The position numbers and the translations under genes were made by a program. Below, in pieces: positions 12,213 to 24,778 of a stretch of DNA of 64,000 nucleotides. Position 1 is the stretch's first letter. Every line of letters starts with the position of its first letter. Origin of the DNA: Squalus acanthias (lineage: Eukaryota); assembly GCA_030390025.1 (NCBI GenBank), contig CM059438.1:58652001-58716000 (forward strand), given 5' to 3'. The notes below the pieces were generated by a model that was given only the letters and a program-made list of their open reading frames with translations, made no database searches and had not been told where the DNA came from.

Positions 12213-14460
12213 ATTAGAACAGAAAATGCTGGAAACACTCAGCAGGTCAGGCAGCATTGTGGAGAGAGAAACAGAGTTAACGTTTCAGGTCAATGACCTT
12301 TCGCCAGAACTGGAAAAAGCTGGAGAAGTAACAGATATTTAAGCAAGTGTGGGGCAGGGGGAGTGGGGAGGGGAGGAAAGAACAAAAGGGAAGGTCTGTG
12401 ATAGGATGGAAGGCAGGAGAGATTAAATGACAAAAGGGATGATGGTGCAAGGCAAAAGGAGATGGTAATGGGACAAGTTAAGAAACAAAAGATGACTCTA
12501 GATGAGGTGTAAATGGGAATGGCAGAATCATCAACATGTGAGAGAGAAAAGAAAACATAGGGGTCGAGGTTATAGTCTGAAATTGTTGAACTCGATGTTG
12601 AGTCAGAAGGCTGTAAAGTGCCTTATCGAAAGATGAGGTGCTGTTCCTCGAGCTTACATTGAGCTTCATTGGAACAGTGTAAGAGGCCGAAGACAGAGAG
12701 ATCAGAGTGGGAGTGGAGCGGAGAATTAAAGTGACAGGCGACCGGAAACTCGGGGTCACACTTGTGGACTGAACGGAGGTGTTCCGCAAAGCGGTCACCC
12801 AATCTGCGTTTGGTCTCCCCAATGTAGAGAAGACCGCATCGTGAGCAGCGAATACAATATACTAAATTGAAAGAAGTACAAGTGAATCGCTGTTTCACCT
12901 GGAAGGAGTGTTTGGGGCTCCGGACAGTGGGAAGGGAGGAGTTAAAAGGGCATCTCCTGCACTTGCACGGGAATGTGTCGTGGGAAGGGGAAGGTGTGTT
13001 GGGGGTGATAGAGGAGTGGACCAGGGTGTCGGGGAGGGAGCGGTCCCTTCGGAATGCTGAAGGTGGAGGGGAGGGGAAAACATGTCTGGCGGTGGGATCA
13101 CGCTGGAGGTGGTGGAAATGGCGGAGAATGATCCGTTGAATGTGGAGGCTGGTGGGGTGAAAGGTGAGGACAAGGGGAACCCTATCATGGTTCTGGGAGG
13201 GAGGGGAAGGGGTGAGGGCAGAAGTGTGGGAAATGGAACGGACAAGGTTGAGGGCCATGCCAACCATGGTAGAGGGGAATCCTCGGTTGAGGAAAAAGTA
13301 AGACATGTTGGAAGCACTAGTATGGAAGGTGGCATTGTCAGAACAGATGCGGCGGAGACGGAGAAACTGGGAGAATGGAATAGAGTCCTTACAGGAAGCG
13401 GGGTGGAAGGAAGTGTAGTCCAGGTAGCTGTGGGAGTCAGTGGGCTTATAGTGGATGTTTGTCGATAGCCTATCCCCAGAAATGGAGACAGAGAAGTCGA
13501 GGAAGGGAAGGGAAGAGTCAAAGATGGACCATGTGAAGGTGAGGGAAGGGTGGAAATTGGAAGCAAAGTGAATGAAATTTTCTCGTTCAGGGCGAGAGCA
13601 GGAAACGTCACTGATACAGTCAGCAATGTATCAGAAAAAGAGGTGAGGGAGGAGACATGAGTAGGACTGGAACAAAGAATGTTCCGCATATCGCACGAAA
13701 AGGCAGGCATAGCTAGGGCCCATGCGGGTTCCCATAGCAACACCTTTGATTTGGGGGAAGTGAGTGGAATCAAAGGAGAAGTTGTTCAATGTGGGAACAA
13801 GTTCAGCCAGGCGGAGGAGGGTGGTGGTGGAAGGGGACTGGTTGGGCCTCTGTTCAAGGAAGAAGCAGAGCGCCCTCAGGCCGTCCTGGTGGGGGATAGA
13901 GGTGTAGAGGTATTGGCCGTCCATAGTGAAAAGGAGACGGTTGGGGCCAGGAAACTGGAAACTGTTAAAGTGGAGGAGGGCATTGGAAGAGTCGCAGATG
14001 TAGGTGGGAAGAGACTGGACAAGAGGAGACAAAATAGAGTCGAGATAGGAAGATATCAGTTGTGTGGGGCAAGAACAGGCTGAAACGATATGTCTACCAG
14101 GGAAGCCCTGTTTTGTGGATCTTGGGAAGGAGGTAGAAGCGGGCTGTGCGGGACTGGGGGACTATGAGGTTGACAGCCATGGAGGGAAGATCTCCAGAGG
14201 AGATGAGGTCAGTGACAGTGTTGGAAACAATGGCTTGATGTTTGGTAGTGGGGTCATGGTTCAGGCGGAGGTAGGAGGAGGTGTCGGAGAGTTGGCGCTC
14301 AGCCTCCGCACGGTAGAGGTCGGTTCGCTAAACAACAACAGCACCACCCTTGTCAGCAGGTTTAATGACAATGTTAGGGTTGGATCGGAGAGGACGGAGT
14401 GCTGCAAGTTCAGAGGGAGGTAGGTTGAAGTGAGTGAGGGGAGCAAAGAAATTGAGATGG
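12213..14460 (-). mobile_element. Penelope-like retroelement (RT + GIY-YIG), disrupted and 5'-truncated
   Basis: RT motifs LFTMD..LYTSIPH and GVAMGTRMGPSYA; GIY-YIG NLVYCIRCSRCGLLYIGETKRRLGDRFAEH. Confidence 0.92.
12276..12310 (-). ncRNA. Minimal hammerhead ribozyme with one core mismatch
   Basis: Minus strand GTT-CTGGCGA-A-AGGTC-ATT-GACCT-GAAACGTT-AAC; CTGGCGA instead of CTGANGA. Confidence 0.7.
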
Positions 14461-15209
14461 CGTCAAAGCAGGTCGAGCCACTGAGTGTTGTGTGGACTGG
14501 GGCAGAGCGAGGTCCCAGCACTCACAAGGAGGAGATATGAGCAGGTTGCCGCTGGCTGCCCGATTCCCCCTGACTGAGTCTCCTCCGGTTTGGCTTTCTG
14601 CAATGATCTTACTTTGCGTTTGCAGTTATTACTCCGTCTCACTGATGTGTAATGAGTGCCATTTACTTATAATTTATCTGCAGAACTGACTCTTTTTTAA
14701 AATCAGTAAATCATCCACTATTTTACAGCTTGTTATAGGTTACGTCATATACTGGCTACTTGTTATTCAATGAAATCGCCCTGGATCCGCTCGGGGCCCC
14801 TGACTGGCTGGGAGACCCGAGCAATTGCAAGGGTAGCACGGCCCGGATGCTGCATCTGACCTGGGAGGGAAGAACATTCTTCATTGGCCCATTTGCAGGT
14901 GCTTGGGTGATGTGACCTTTGTCCCCGGTGCCCTCCTACTGAGCCCTACACTCCGGTGGGGTTAACCACCGGTCTGATCCCACATTTAACAATCTTTAAC
15001 ACCATCACCCACCGTACGTACAACACCCACAGAATCTCCAACCTTCATATCAACTGATTGATGCAGGGGCTGCACCCCCCACACTCAGCCACTGTGGACT
15101 GCAACCCAGGAGACCATGAGGACTATGACTGCATTCCCAATTCTGGAGGTCCCAGTCCATGGCATGCTGACTTTATTCATTGAAGAGTGAAGTTCCACTC
15201 ACCATAGTC

Positions 15210-15408
15210 AGGCTCAGGACTCTTGCTACGAGCTGTGTCGCCCCCTCCCTGGGACTCTTGCTACGAGCTGTGTTGCCCCTCCCTGGGGCTCAGGACTCTT
15301 GCTACGAGCTGTGTCGCCCCTCCCTGGGGCTCAGGACTCTTGCTACAAGCTGTGTCACCCCTCCCTGGGGCTTGGGACTCTTGTTACGAGTTGTGTTGCC
15401 CCTCCCCA
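15210..15408. repeat. About 41-bp minisatellite, about 5 copies
   Basis: Unit ggactcttgctacgagctgtgtcgcccctccctggggctca. Confidence 0.9.
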
Positions 15409-16134
15409 ATGGGGCAAAGTTCAGCATTCCCCACAACCACCTTGAGATGTATTCACTTCCGAACAAGTGATGTTTACCCTCTGCCTGGAATTGAAGAACT
15501 ACCAATCCCTTTCAATCCTGTTCCTGGAGATCCTCTCGGGCCAGCTCCCAGGAGGAGGATGCAGAACGATCACAGTGGCCCATTCCGAAATAGCAAGTCC
15601 AACCAACAGGAGCACTAGGAGACGGGACCCCTCGTTCTCCAAGCTACCTGAGCTGCTCAGGCTAAGAACCAAATCGCTTTGGTCTTTAAACATGCCTTGC
15701 TCCCAGCGAAAGCACATCATGCCAAGAAAACATAACACATCAGTGGAACATGTCCTTGAAACGAAACCCCTCCAGGTGACTTTATACCAACTCCTGCATG
15801 TTCAAACTAATACAATAGGAATGTCTTTTGGTCCTAGTTTTATTACGTGTATGTTCGCATGGTCCTGCGTTGTGCTATAGTAGGAATACCCACACTTCTT
15901 GTCTTCATGGACCAGTTCATTGAATACCATGGGGCCAATTTAAATGAATTGTCCCACTAATTTGCATATATCTCAAGCTATTGCTACTAAAGATCTTGGC
16001 GTTCTGAGTTGGGATTTATCTATCAATGAGGCACCAGCACTAAGGCTGGCCTTTCCAACCCAGACTGCCATGGCTCAGAGGCTGGGATTGGTCTGCGGGC
16101 CATCGTTTGGACACCCCTGCATTACGATGTCACA

Positions 16135-17000
16135 TGAACATAAGAAAAATGTCACGGATGAGAAAAGACCATTCAGCCCATTGAGCTCATCCCTCTCGGA
16201 CTCCAAGCGCCCATCCCAACATCCAACGCCATCCTGAACTCCCCTAACATCTTTGATTCCACGAACAAACACTTCTGACACTTTGCGTAAAGAGTTTTTT
16301 CCCAGGATCTGTTTTAAGTTTACTCTTTATTCCCTTGGTCTACTGACCTTTTGGATTCCCCTCATCCATCCCATTTAATATTTTGTATCTCACTGAGATT
16401 TGCCCTTAACTGACGAAACTGTAGAACTTACGCTTCTGTAAGCTTTCCTCAAAATGCTTCCCTTTTACACTTGGGATCAGTCTCGACGCTCGTCTCTGCA
16501 CTCTCCCCGGGACAATAATGTCCCTTTGAAGTGTAGCAATGTGAATTATACACATATTCCAGGTGATGCCTGACCAGTGCATACTAAAGCCTCAGTATAA
16601 CCTCTGCAGACTTGTACTCCACTGAGTTGTATCCCAATTGAATTGACTCTCCCCAGTGTCCTGGCACTGACAACGAGAGCCTACTGTCATTCGCAGGTCC
16701 TCTTCTAAGATTGTGTATGCTAATTTGATTCCCTTTGTTCTATTATATGTGTATACAGATATATATATTGTTCATTCATTCTTACATTTGTCAGTACCTT
16801 ACATTTGTTAGTATTATATCTAAGTTGCCATCTATCTGCTCAATTGCATAACAGATTCATTCTGTGAAACTTTAACTGCATCCTTCATGCCAACAGTGCT
16901 CCCTATTTTAATGCTGTCAGAATATTTTAAAAGCTGGCAATTAATTCTACATCTAGGTTTCATTTAACTCAGAAACAACAATGATCCGAGCATTGACCCC
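16135..17000 (-). mobile_element. Old, degenerate CR1 fragment
   Basis: CR1 tail reverse complement (gaacataagaaa..ccattcagccc) and decayed RT-like segments. Confidence 0.55.
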
Positions 17001-17279
17001 TACACTACCCCATTCAACGCCTCCCCCATTAACAAATGAAAGAATTTGAACGTATATATTAAGAACTGCCTACGTAATAATTCCGAAGTATTCATTATTC
17101 TCTTTGTGATAGAAACCAGACGTAGAAAGACACGATGTATTACGTTTCTGCAAAATCCTCTGGCCTTGTCACATGACACGTTAATGGCAATTATAGTCCT
17201 CTCAGTGACAGCCAACATCACGGGTGAACATGAATAGACTGACAACATTACTGCTCCATGTCATTTGATAACCTGTAAT

Positions 17280-17646
17280 ATTGAGTTAATATACGCTTAA
17301 TAGTGGGTTAATACACGCTCGATATTGAGTTCATACACGCTCGATATTGGGTTAATACACGCTCGATATTGGGTTAATACACGCTCGATAGTGGGTTAAT
17401 ACACTCTCGATATTGGGTTAATACACACTCGATATTGGGTTAATACACACTCGATATTGAGTTCATACACGCTCAATATTGGGTTAATACACGCTCGATA
17501 GTGGCTTAATAGACGCTCGATATTGGGTTAATACACGCTCGATATTGGGTTAATACATGCTCGATAGTGGGTTAATACACGCTCGATAGTGGGTTAATAC
17601 ACGCTCGATATTGGGTTAATACACACTCGATATTGGGTTAATACAC
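17280..17646. repeat. 22-bp satellite, left arm
   Basis: Unit ttgggttaatacacgctcgata. Confidence 0.97.
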
Positions 17647-18188
17647 TATTGGTGAAAAAATAATTCACTCGAGTCTGTCTTAAAGCAAAAGATCACAGTT
17701 TAATATTCAGAGCGCTCTGGGAGAAGGATCATAGCCTACGGTTTCATGACCAGCTTCTCAATTTAACAATGGGAGCCACGCTTCTTTATACACTTCAAGA
17801 AGCCAGAAAGTACAAACCTCAGCACAGTTATTACATCATGAGCGACACTTATGGTCTCTAAAAACAACTTGTTTAGAATCTTACAATGTTAGCGAAACTC
17901 ATCTTTTACTTCTGCTTTTGGGTAGCCATCTGCGCTGCAAGGTTCCATTCTTACTCCTATTTGAGGTTAGTTTATAGAAAACAATGATTCACATTTTTGT
18001 TCTGCAGTGTCTGCATTATCTATACTGCAGCCTAAGCAAGTTGGTCTTTTATCTAATTATACCCCTGTCTCCATGCCTAAGGGAGATACTTTGACCTTTA
18101 CTATAGTCCTTTAAGCAGTTCAACTAATCTTAAACATTACAACTGATTTGCCCTTACATTATTACAATTACATTTTTTTACTCTTACA
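17647..18188 (-). repeat. ERV-A 3' LTR
   Basis: Direct repeat of 24779-25320; begins TGTAAG on the minus strand; contains minus-strand TATAAA and ATTAAA. Confidence 0.95.
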
Positions 18189-18200
18189 GTCCCTCCTATT
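18189..18200 (-). promoter_or_regulatory. Polypurine tract of ERV-A
   Basis: AATAGGAGGGAC immediately before the 3' LTR. Confidence 0.8.
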
Positions 18201-18624
18201 GGTACTGGCCAAAGCTTGATTTGTCCTGGGGACCATCATACCATGGTTATAATGGCGGCACACAGTTTCTTATGCTCTGTTGACGAGATCTTTTGACAAT
18301 GTTATTGTTGTTTCACAGTCCAATGTAAATGAGAACGCGCTCGGGAGAACGAGAGAGAAAGACACCCCGGAAGAGGTTGAGCTGCACAGTCCAGTCACAT
18401 CATGACTGTTGAGCTATTCATACCATTTAGGTTAGGTTCTTCCACTCCTCTTCCGTGTGTAGACGTATTCCTTGTAGCTTAAAGTTGTTCCCTTCTTCAT
18501 CTGTTTGTCTGTTTCTTCTTGTGTCATATGCCGCAACCAATGGTTTGTCCCTATTCTACTCTATCTCTAAAGTTTTACACATGCATTAATACAAACGTTA
18601 CCCACACTTAAGCATTTTCCTTTC

Positions 18625-19127
18625 TTAGATAAACAGAGATCTATCTTTAATGTTACGATACACCTGCCCCACTGGTGCAGCTGGAACGACATCTTTTGCC
18701 ATTTGGGCGCAGCAACATTTCAACAATAAAACCAGACCATACATCACTAATATTATAACAAAGAACAAAATCAATCCTTGTACTACTGATGTCCCAAGTG
18801 ATCCCAACCATCCAGTTGTCCAGCCCCAAAGGGTGGATGCCGGAGGTTGTTTTACCTTTTTTTACTTCTTCCTGTATGTGTTCTGCCAAGTTAGTTATTT
18901 CTTCTGAGCTGTCTGGTGTGTAGGTACAACATTCTGTACCTATTAGGGCACAGGTTTCCCCTTTTTCTGCCACCACATAGTCAAGGGCCATGTTAATGGA
19001 TTCCCTTGCCAATTTACCCGTAACTCTTTTTGGCCCGTGGGGGTACTCTAGCCTGAGTCCTCCCGAGGCTACATATTATGTTTACACAAACAAGCAAACT
19101 ACACATGATATCGCGTAACACGTTCAT
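18625..19127 (-). pseudogene. env: SU-deleted env: signal peptide, ISD, CX6CC, TM; two frameshifts
   Basis: MNVLRDIMCSLLVCVNIICSLG; MALDYVVAEKGETCALIGTECC; hydrophobic GLILFFVIILVMYGLVLLL. Confidence 0.85.
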
Positions 19128-19230
19128 CTTATCACTTTATGTTAACAATGTCCCAAAGGCTATATCGCCAACCTAACCACTTTGTTGCTGTAAATTCTAT
19201 TTTCCTGTGGGGGTGAATAGAATATTGTTA

Positions 19231-19458
19231 TTAAGCTGGTTCCTCGATCATAATCATTTGGATTCCCTCCTCCTGCTCGACCGGTTGGAGTTGACGGGAC
19301 CGTTCCCATACATATTTCAGGATATATCCCAAGGTATATCCTATCAAGATAATACATATTATCCAAACCAGTGTTTGTGTCAGCGTCCATTCCCATTCGT
19401 CATATTGTCTAGCATATTCTTCACTTTCTACAAAAGGTACTTGTTCTGGTGCAGCCAA
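19231..19458 (-). CDS. Putative small single-pass membrane accessory ORF between pol and env
   Basis: 75 open codons (TTG start): acidic N-part, TM-like TLVWIICIILIGYTLGYIL, acidic tail. Confidence 0.4.
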   Translation of the reverse strand: MAAPEQVPFVESEEYARQYDEWEWTLTQTLVWIICIILIGYTLGYILKYVWERSRQLQPVEQEEGIQMIMIEEPA

Positions 19459-19460
19459 TC

Positions 19461-21357
19461 TTAAATTGGTGAAGGGTCATAGGCTTTCAGCTGTGTCCAG
19501 TGCTTCCATCGTCCCATGCCCTTTATATTAATGCAAGCACACGTATCCCCACTAATTAAAATCTGATATGGTCCCGACCATTTTTTGGGGCGAACCCGGG
19601 TTTTCCTGGTAGATTCTTAACCATTACCTTGGTCCCTGCTGGAGGGATATATGGAAATGCGGTCAATTCCAAATCTTTATCTCTTTCTTCTTGTCTTTCC
19701 CTAGTTTGCTGTTTCATTTCTTTTCATTGGTTACTCATTTCCAGGACTTATCTGTGGAGTTTATCCTTTAGGGGACCCACATCTTCTCCTCCAGTCATTA
19801 TACCATGGGGGAGCTGCATTGCCCTCCCCGTCATTAGCTCATATGGTGATAGGCCCGTGGTTCGATTTGGGGTGGCTCTTAGTTTCATTAATACTGTGGG
19901 TAGCACATCCACCCACCGTTGCTGTTTTCCCCCCAATGCTTTGGCTACCGCTGTTTTTAAGGTGTGATTCATTCTTTCTACCATTCCAGAACTTTGAGGA
20001 TGGTACGGGATGTGGAATTTCTGTTTTATGCCCATCCATCTGCATATATTCTTTACTACTGCTCCCGTAAAATGAGTTCCCTGATCTGAGTCGATTTGGA
20101 TCGGTACTCCCCATCTGGGAATTACCTCCTCTGCCATTATTCGTGCTACGGTGGTGGCAGTACAGTCCCGAGTGGGGAATGCCTCGACCCACCTGGTAAA
20201 CTGATCTATTACTACTAGGCAATATTTCTTACCCCTAGACGAGGGGAGGGGTCCAGTGAAGTTGATTTGTATATTTTCCCATGGGCCCCTTGGCCGTGGT
20301 TGGTGGGCCATTCGAATCTTAACGGGTCGTCCTGGGTTGTGCTGCGCGCACGTAATACAGCGTTGGCAATATTTTGCCACATCTCTCCCCAGCCCAGGCC
20401 ACCACCATTCTTTACTAATTAGTTCAATCATTGACCCCCTTCCTGTATGGGCGCTTCCATGTGTAGTTCTAAAAGTGTCTGTCTAATGCACGCGGGGGCT
20501 ATCACCTTTCCATTCTTTCGCCATATTGCCTCTTCATCTGGTCTACTCCCTACTCGGTACCATTCCTGTCTTTCGTCCTCTGGGGCGTTTGCATGCAATT
20601 TACTGATATCTATTTCCTCTATCTGTGCACTAGCTACATTCCCTTCAACCATTTCTTGTTCAAGAGCTCGCTGTGCTGCTAGATCAACGGCCTGGTTCCC
20701 TTTTTGCTCCTGATTCTGTATCTTCTGGTGCGCTTTGATTTTTATTACTGCAGCTTGTGCTGGGGCTTTTGTGGCTTCCAAGAGGGCCTCTATTCGCTGC
20801 TGGTGTTTTATGTGATCCCCTCCGGTTGTCACAAACCCCCTTCTCCCCCAAGCTGTCATATAATCGTGTACCACTCCGAATGCATATCTACTATCCATGT
20901 AGATGTTTACTGTCTTTCCCCTTGCCAATTCTAGCGCCTTTGTTAACGCTACTATCTCGGCTACTTGTGCAGACAAGCTTCCGTCTAACCTTCCCGACAT
21001 TTCTGTTTCCAACTGATCATTTACTACTGCCCATCCTGTCCGGGGAGATCCCTCTACATATTTCCTTGACCCGTCTACATATAGTGTCATCTGAGCTTCC
21101 TCCAGCGGTTCGTCCTGCACGAGGGTTTCGTCTAGTTCCCCCTCCATCTCTGAGCACTGATGGGGGCTTCCCTCACTCAGGATGCCTTCTGCGGGGTTTT
21201 CCCCTGTATCCCGAATTATCTTAACTGTCTGGTCTATCGGCAGTAGGACTGCTTCCCATTGAGCTCGCCGCATATTGGAAACTGACCGTGGTTTCCCGGT
21301 ATTCAACATCTCTACCAGTGTATGCCGAGTGTGTAAGACGATATCCCCTGTCATCAC
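19461..21357 (-). pseudogene. pol: pol remnant: connection/tether, RNase H, integrase
   Basis: LYVDGS, SAQVAE, NIYMDSRYAFG, KIKAH, GNQAVD; HHCC finger (1-bp deletion near 20460); core QINFT/DSDQG/GMVERMN; C-terminal WSGPYQ and WKHWTQLK. Confidence 0.93.
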
Positions 21358-21359
21358 AG

Positions 21360-21960
21360 TTGGTTTGCTACTCTAACTCTGCATCTCTGTCCTACATTAT
21401 TCTTAGCGCATATTATACAACGGTGACAATACTTCGCCACCTCTCGACCCATCTTTGGCCACTACCAGTACTGTGTCAGTAGGTGCAACATGTTACTTCT
21501 GCCGGTATGTGTTACACCATGGTACAGCCCCATCAGTTGTTGCCTACAACATTCCGGTGCCACCACCTGGTTTCGTGGGCCCCATCTCCAAATTCTATCT
21601 CGTAACTGTGCGCCAGCTTGTTTCCATCTCTCCTTTTCCTCTTTACTAGTATTTTCTTGTACCTCCACTATATTCACTTCCTGAACCCCACTGGCTGTCA
21701 TGACCATATTTATCTCGTGTTTAAACGCGGCTTCTGGTTTAAGTTCCTCCGCGGCTAGTTTTGCGGCCAAATCTGCATACCGATTTCCTATGGGAGACTG
21801 ATCCTGGGGCTCCTATGAGGCCATGTCTATCTTCGTGTGGGCCTTTATTTTAATTACCGCGGTTTCTAAAGGTGCCTGTGTCGCCTTAACTAACCTTTCT
21901 ATTAGCTTTCCATGTTTTACTACCTTTCCAGTGGAGGTCATATAACTCCTTCTGTTAATA
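21360..21960 (-). pseudogene. Second, divergent RNase H C-terminal half plus integrase HHCC module
   Basis: AVIKIKAHTK..GNRYADLAAK..YHGVTHTG..W*WPKMGREVAKYCHRCIICAKNN in one frame with two TAG stops. Confidence 0.88.
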
Positions 21961-22311
21961 TTCCGGATGCTGGGTTTATTCCAGTATGTTTTTGTATTAA
22001 TACTGATCCATCTCTTGGTCAGAGGATTGTTTCCCACTTTGCTTTTCGGTTATCTGATATAGTTCTATTTAAGAGCCCAAGGGGTTAATTTATCAAATCT
22101 TAATTTTTCTTCCATCACTGTGGGGAAATACTAACTTAAAATTAAGACACTTAAATTTAATAATGTCCAATATCTTTAAATTTCATTCAGCCATACTAAA
22201 GTTGTTGCTTACAACTGGAGAAAAATTAGTTTTTCACATTTAAACAAATTGCTTCGGAGGAGTCCACCATAGCAACCGCGACTCCAAGGTTAAATCTTAG
22301 ACTGAAACTTA

Positions 22312-23206
22312 GGGGGAAAAATTAGGTCGCGCCCCATTTGGGGCGCAAATATCGTCTGGACGCAAATATTAGCACCTGGCGCTAATTATCGGCACTGACT
22401 GGAAACTTCACTTTTACCGCCCCGGGAGGTGAGTGGAGCGCTAAATCAGGCGCTGCACACCTGTCTTAAGGCGCAAAGGCCAAGGAGTGAGGCGCTAACT
22501 CAGAGCGCTGGCGAAGCTCATGTAATGTCAGTCAGCAATGGAACACACACACAATGGCACGGGCCAGTTCTTAAAGGGGATGGTTAATCTTGCTTTCCAT
22601 CCACATCCTGTTCATTGCAGCCTTGAATCTCGGCCTGGAGAGACTTGCACATCAAATGTGCTGGAAAGAACAATGGACAGTACCAGGCAAAGAGCTCAGA
22701 GTGCAGCTCCCACAGTCTCTGCTAAATCGATACAAGGAATGGCAAATCAAAATGAACCTGCAAAGTGCTGCTCAGTACCCAAAACTCCTTCACACAACGT
22801 TGAATCTCTCCAGAAGTCTCTCCCTCTCTCTCTCAGAATGCGTAGTTCAAAAATGCCACCAACAATAAAAGACAGGAAGAGGCCCCCTTTAAATAGCGCC
22901 CCCCCCCAGCCCCACAGCGATTGATAGCGTTCCAGTCTTCTGGTCGTTGGATGCGCCAGGCGGTAAGGCAGGGGGCGCCACTCAATTTCCGCTCCGGGGC
23001 GCCACAAGGGCGTTGCACCATGGAATGACGTCACAATCTGCGCGCGCAGGTGGTCGCAGCGGTAAAGTTTAGCGCCGCCGCACAATCTCTAGTTAAGTTC
23101 CCGAGCGGCGCAAACATCGCTGCGCCCTGGGCGTTAGCGGCTTTGCGCCCCATTAGCGCTCTCTTAAGGCGCTAACGGGAGGCGCAACCAACTGAATTTT
23201 TACCCC
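22312..23206 (+). mobile_element. Non-autonomous PIF/Harbinger-like element (copy 2) inside ERV-A
   Basis: About 15-bp GGGG-starting TIRs; TTA duplication at 22309-22311 and 23207-23209. Confidence 0.85.
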
Positions 23207-23843
23207 TTAATCTTTTGTTAAACAAACTTTTTGTTTTTCTTCTCAGTTTTTACACACCAGCTTAACTTAAATTGTAGTTTGAAGTTTTGTTTCAATTCTG
23301 GGTGCACAATCTTATTCAATGCGGTCTACACAAATTTACACCAACCAGAATTTCACCATGGCCGCAATGAAAGTTTGGTTTTAATAGGTTAATTCACCTC
23401 TAACTCCAATTCAATCCAGATCAGTTTTCTTAAACTAACCAGTATCACTTGGAAAAGAAAGAAACCACATTAACAAAGAAACAATTACTCATGCCTTGTA
23501 AACATTCAAATTCATTTTCTTCCAGGCACATTGGCAACTGTGACTTCAAGGCTGAAGCTTATCTTTTGTAAAACTATTAACAAACTTAAAACAACACACA
23601 CTTGTCCGTCATTCAAGACAGGTCTTCAACGGGTTAAACAGCGTTTAGCTCTCTGTACAAAAGAGTGGGTGGAGCTAAAACAAAAATGACTTCCATTTTT
23701 TTTTTTAAAACAGACTTTCAGACAAAAGAAATACTGTAACTTCTTAAACATTCACAGTCAGGTACAAACTTTCACGTTTAACACACACTTTCACACAAAC
23801 TGAGATCCCAGCATTTTTTAAGGTTCCTGTCACTTAGCAAATC

Positions 23844-24285
23844 TTGAGTTTTATTTGTCTCGGCACAAATATTAATAACTTCCATGTCGGTTTGTTTCCT
23901 GACTCATACCCTTTCTTAATCATCTTCCCTTGGTTAATTGTTGTCAGAGGTACGTCTCTTCCTTACTCCCGCAGAGTGAGACCATACTTGCAACCTCCTT
24001 TGTATAATAATAGCTCTTGTTCTAATTCAAGAATTCTTTCATTTTTACTTGCAAGTTTAGTGTGGAGTTGCTGCACCTTGTTTGTTAATGCGACTAATTG
24101 GTTTACTAGAATTACCCTAGCCTTTTTCTGTTTGTGACCCTCTACCACTCTCTTTTTCCTTCGGATTCTGGAGCGGGTCCCACCCCTCCTTCGTCATCTT
24201 ATCAACTGAACCCTTCCGGTCGTCTGCATAGAACATAGTAAGGGACCCCATTTGTCCCTATTCTATTTCTTTCTACGACGCCATA
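23844..24285 (-). pseudogene. Truncated gag-like N-terminal remnant
   Basis: First coding-like stretch after the PBS; coiled-coil LVALTNKVQQLHTKLASKNERILELEQEL; no CA/NC motifs seen. Confidence 0.45.
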
Positions 24286-24758
24286 TATAGTCCAACTTTC
24301 AGTCTTACCAAATACTGAGTTCCTCTAATTGGGTTAGTTCTTGATACCTTAAAAGACTTTAAGTGGTTACGTAGTCACAGCACACACACATATATTTATT
24401 GACTTCACGATTCCAGGGTGCTTTGGTTCTCTACGCCTACTTGATCCTGGCCATTACGTGGGGCCCAATCGCCCTCTTAATTCCGGCTCAGGCTAGGTGT
24501 GTGAGACAGGCGCCCTCCTTGTCCATGTCGATCAGTCAATTACTCATACCTTTGCGACATTTATCGCTACACAGTGTTCCCTTAGTACACGTGATCCACA
24601 CTCACACAACTGTGTTCTCCTACCTCTCACAGACTTTCCTTGATTCGTGATGCTATGGCACTGCCTCTCTGCCTACCCAAGTGAGTCAATTTCTGGACGG
24701 TCAAAATTTGACTTCTCGTCCGGCTTCACTGGTACGGGCGGTCTTTCAGTCCCAGAGC

Positions 24759-24776
24759 ATCCTGCCGACTACGCCA
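24759..24776 (-). promoter_or_regulatory. Primer-binding site for tRNA-Ser
   Basis: TGGCGTAGTCGGCAGGAT, complementary to the tRNA-Ser 3' end ATCCTGCCGACTACGCCA. Confidence 0.93.
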
Positions 24777-24778
24777 AT

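Noticed and set aside
14700-16130. Possible decayed transposon sequence around the 41-bp repeat (similarly 42000-42750)
   Set aside because: No motif or terminus I could assign with confidence
22538-22924. MEHTHN.. ORF recurring at 34552-34965
   Set aside because: Similarity follows from MITE copy identity; the same frame has a stop in copy 1 (near 58-60); no recognisable domain
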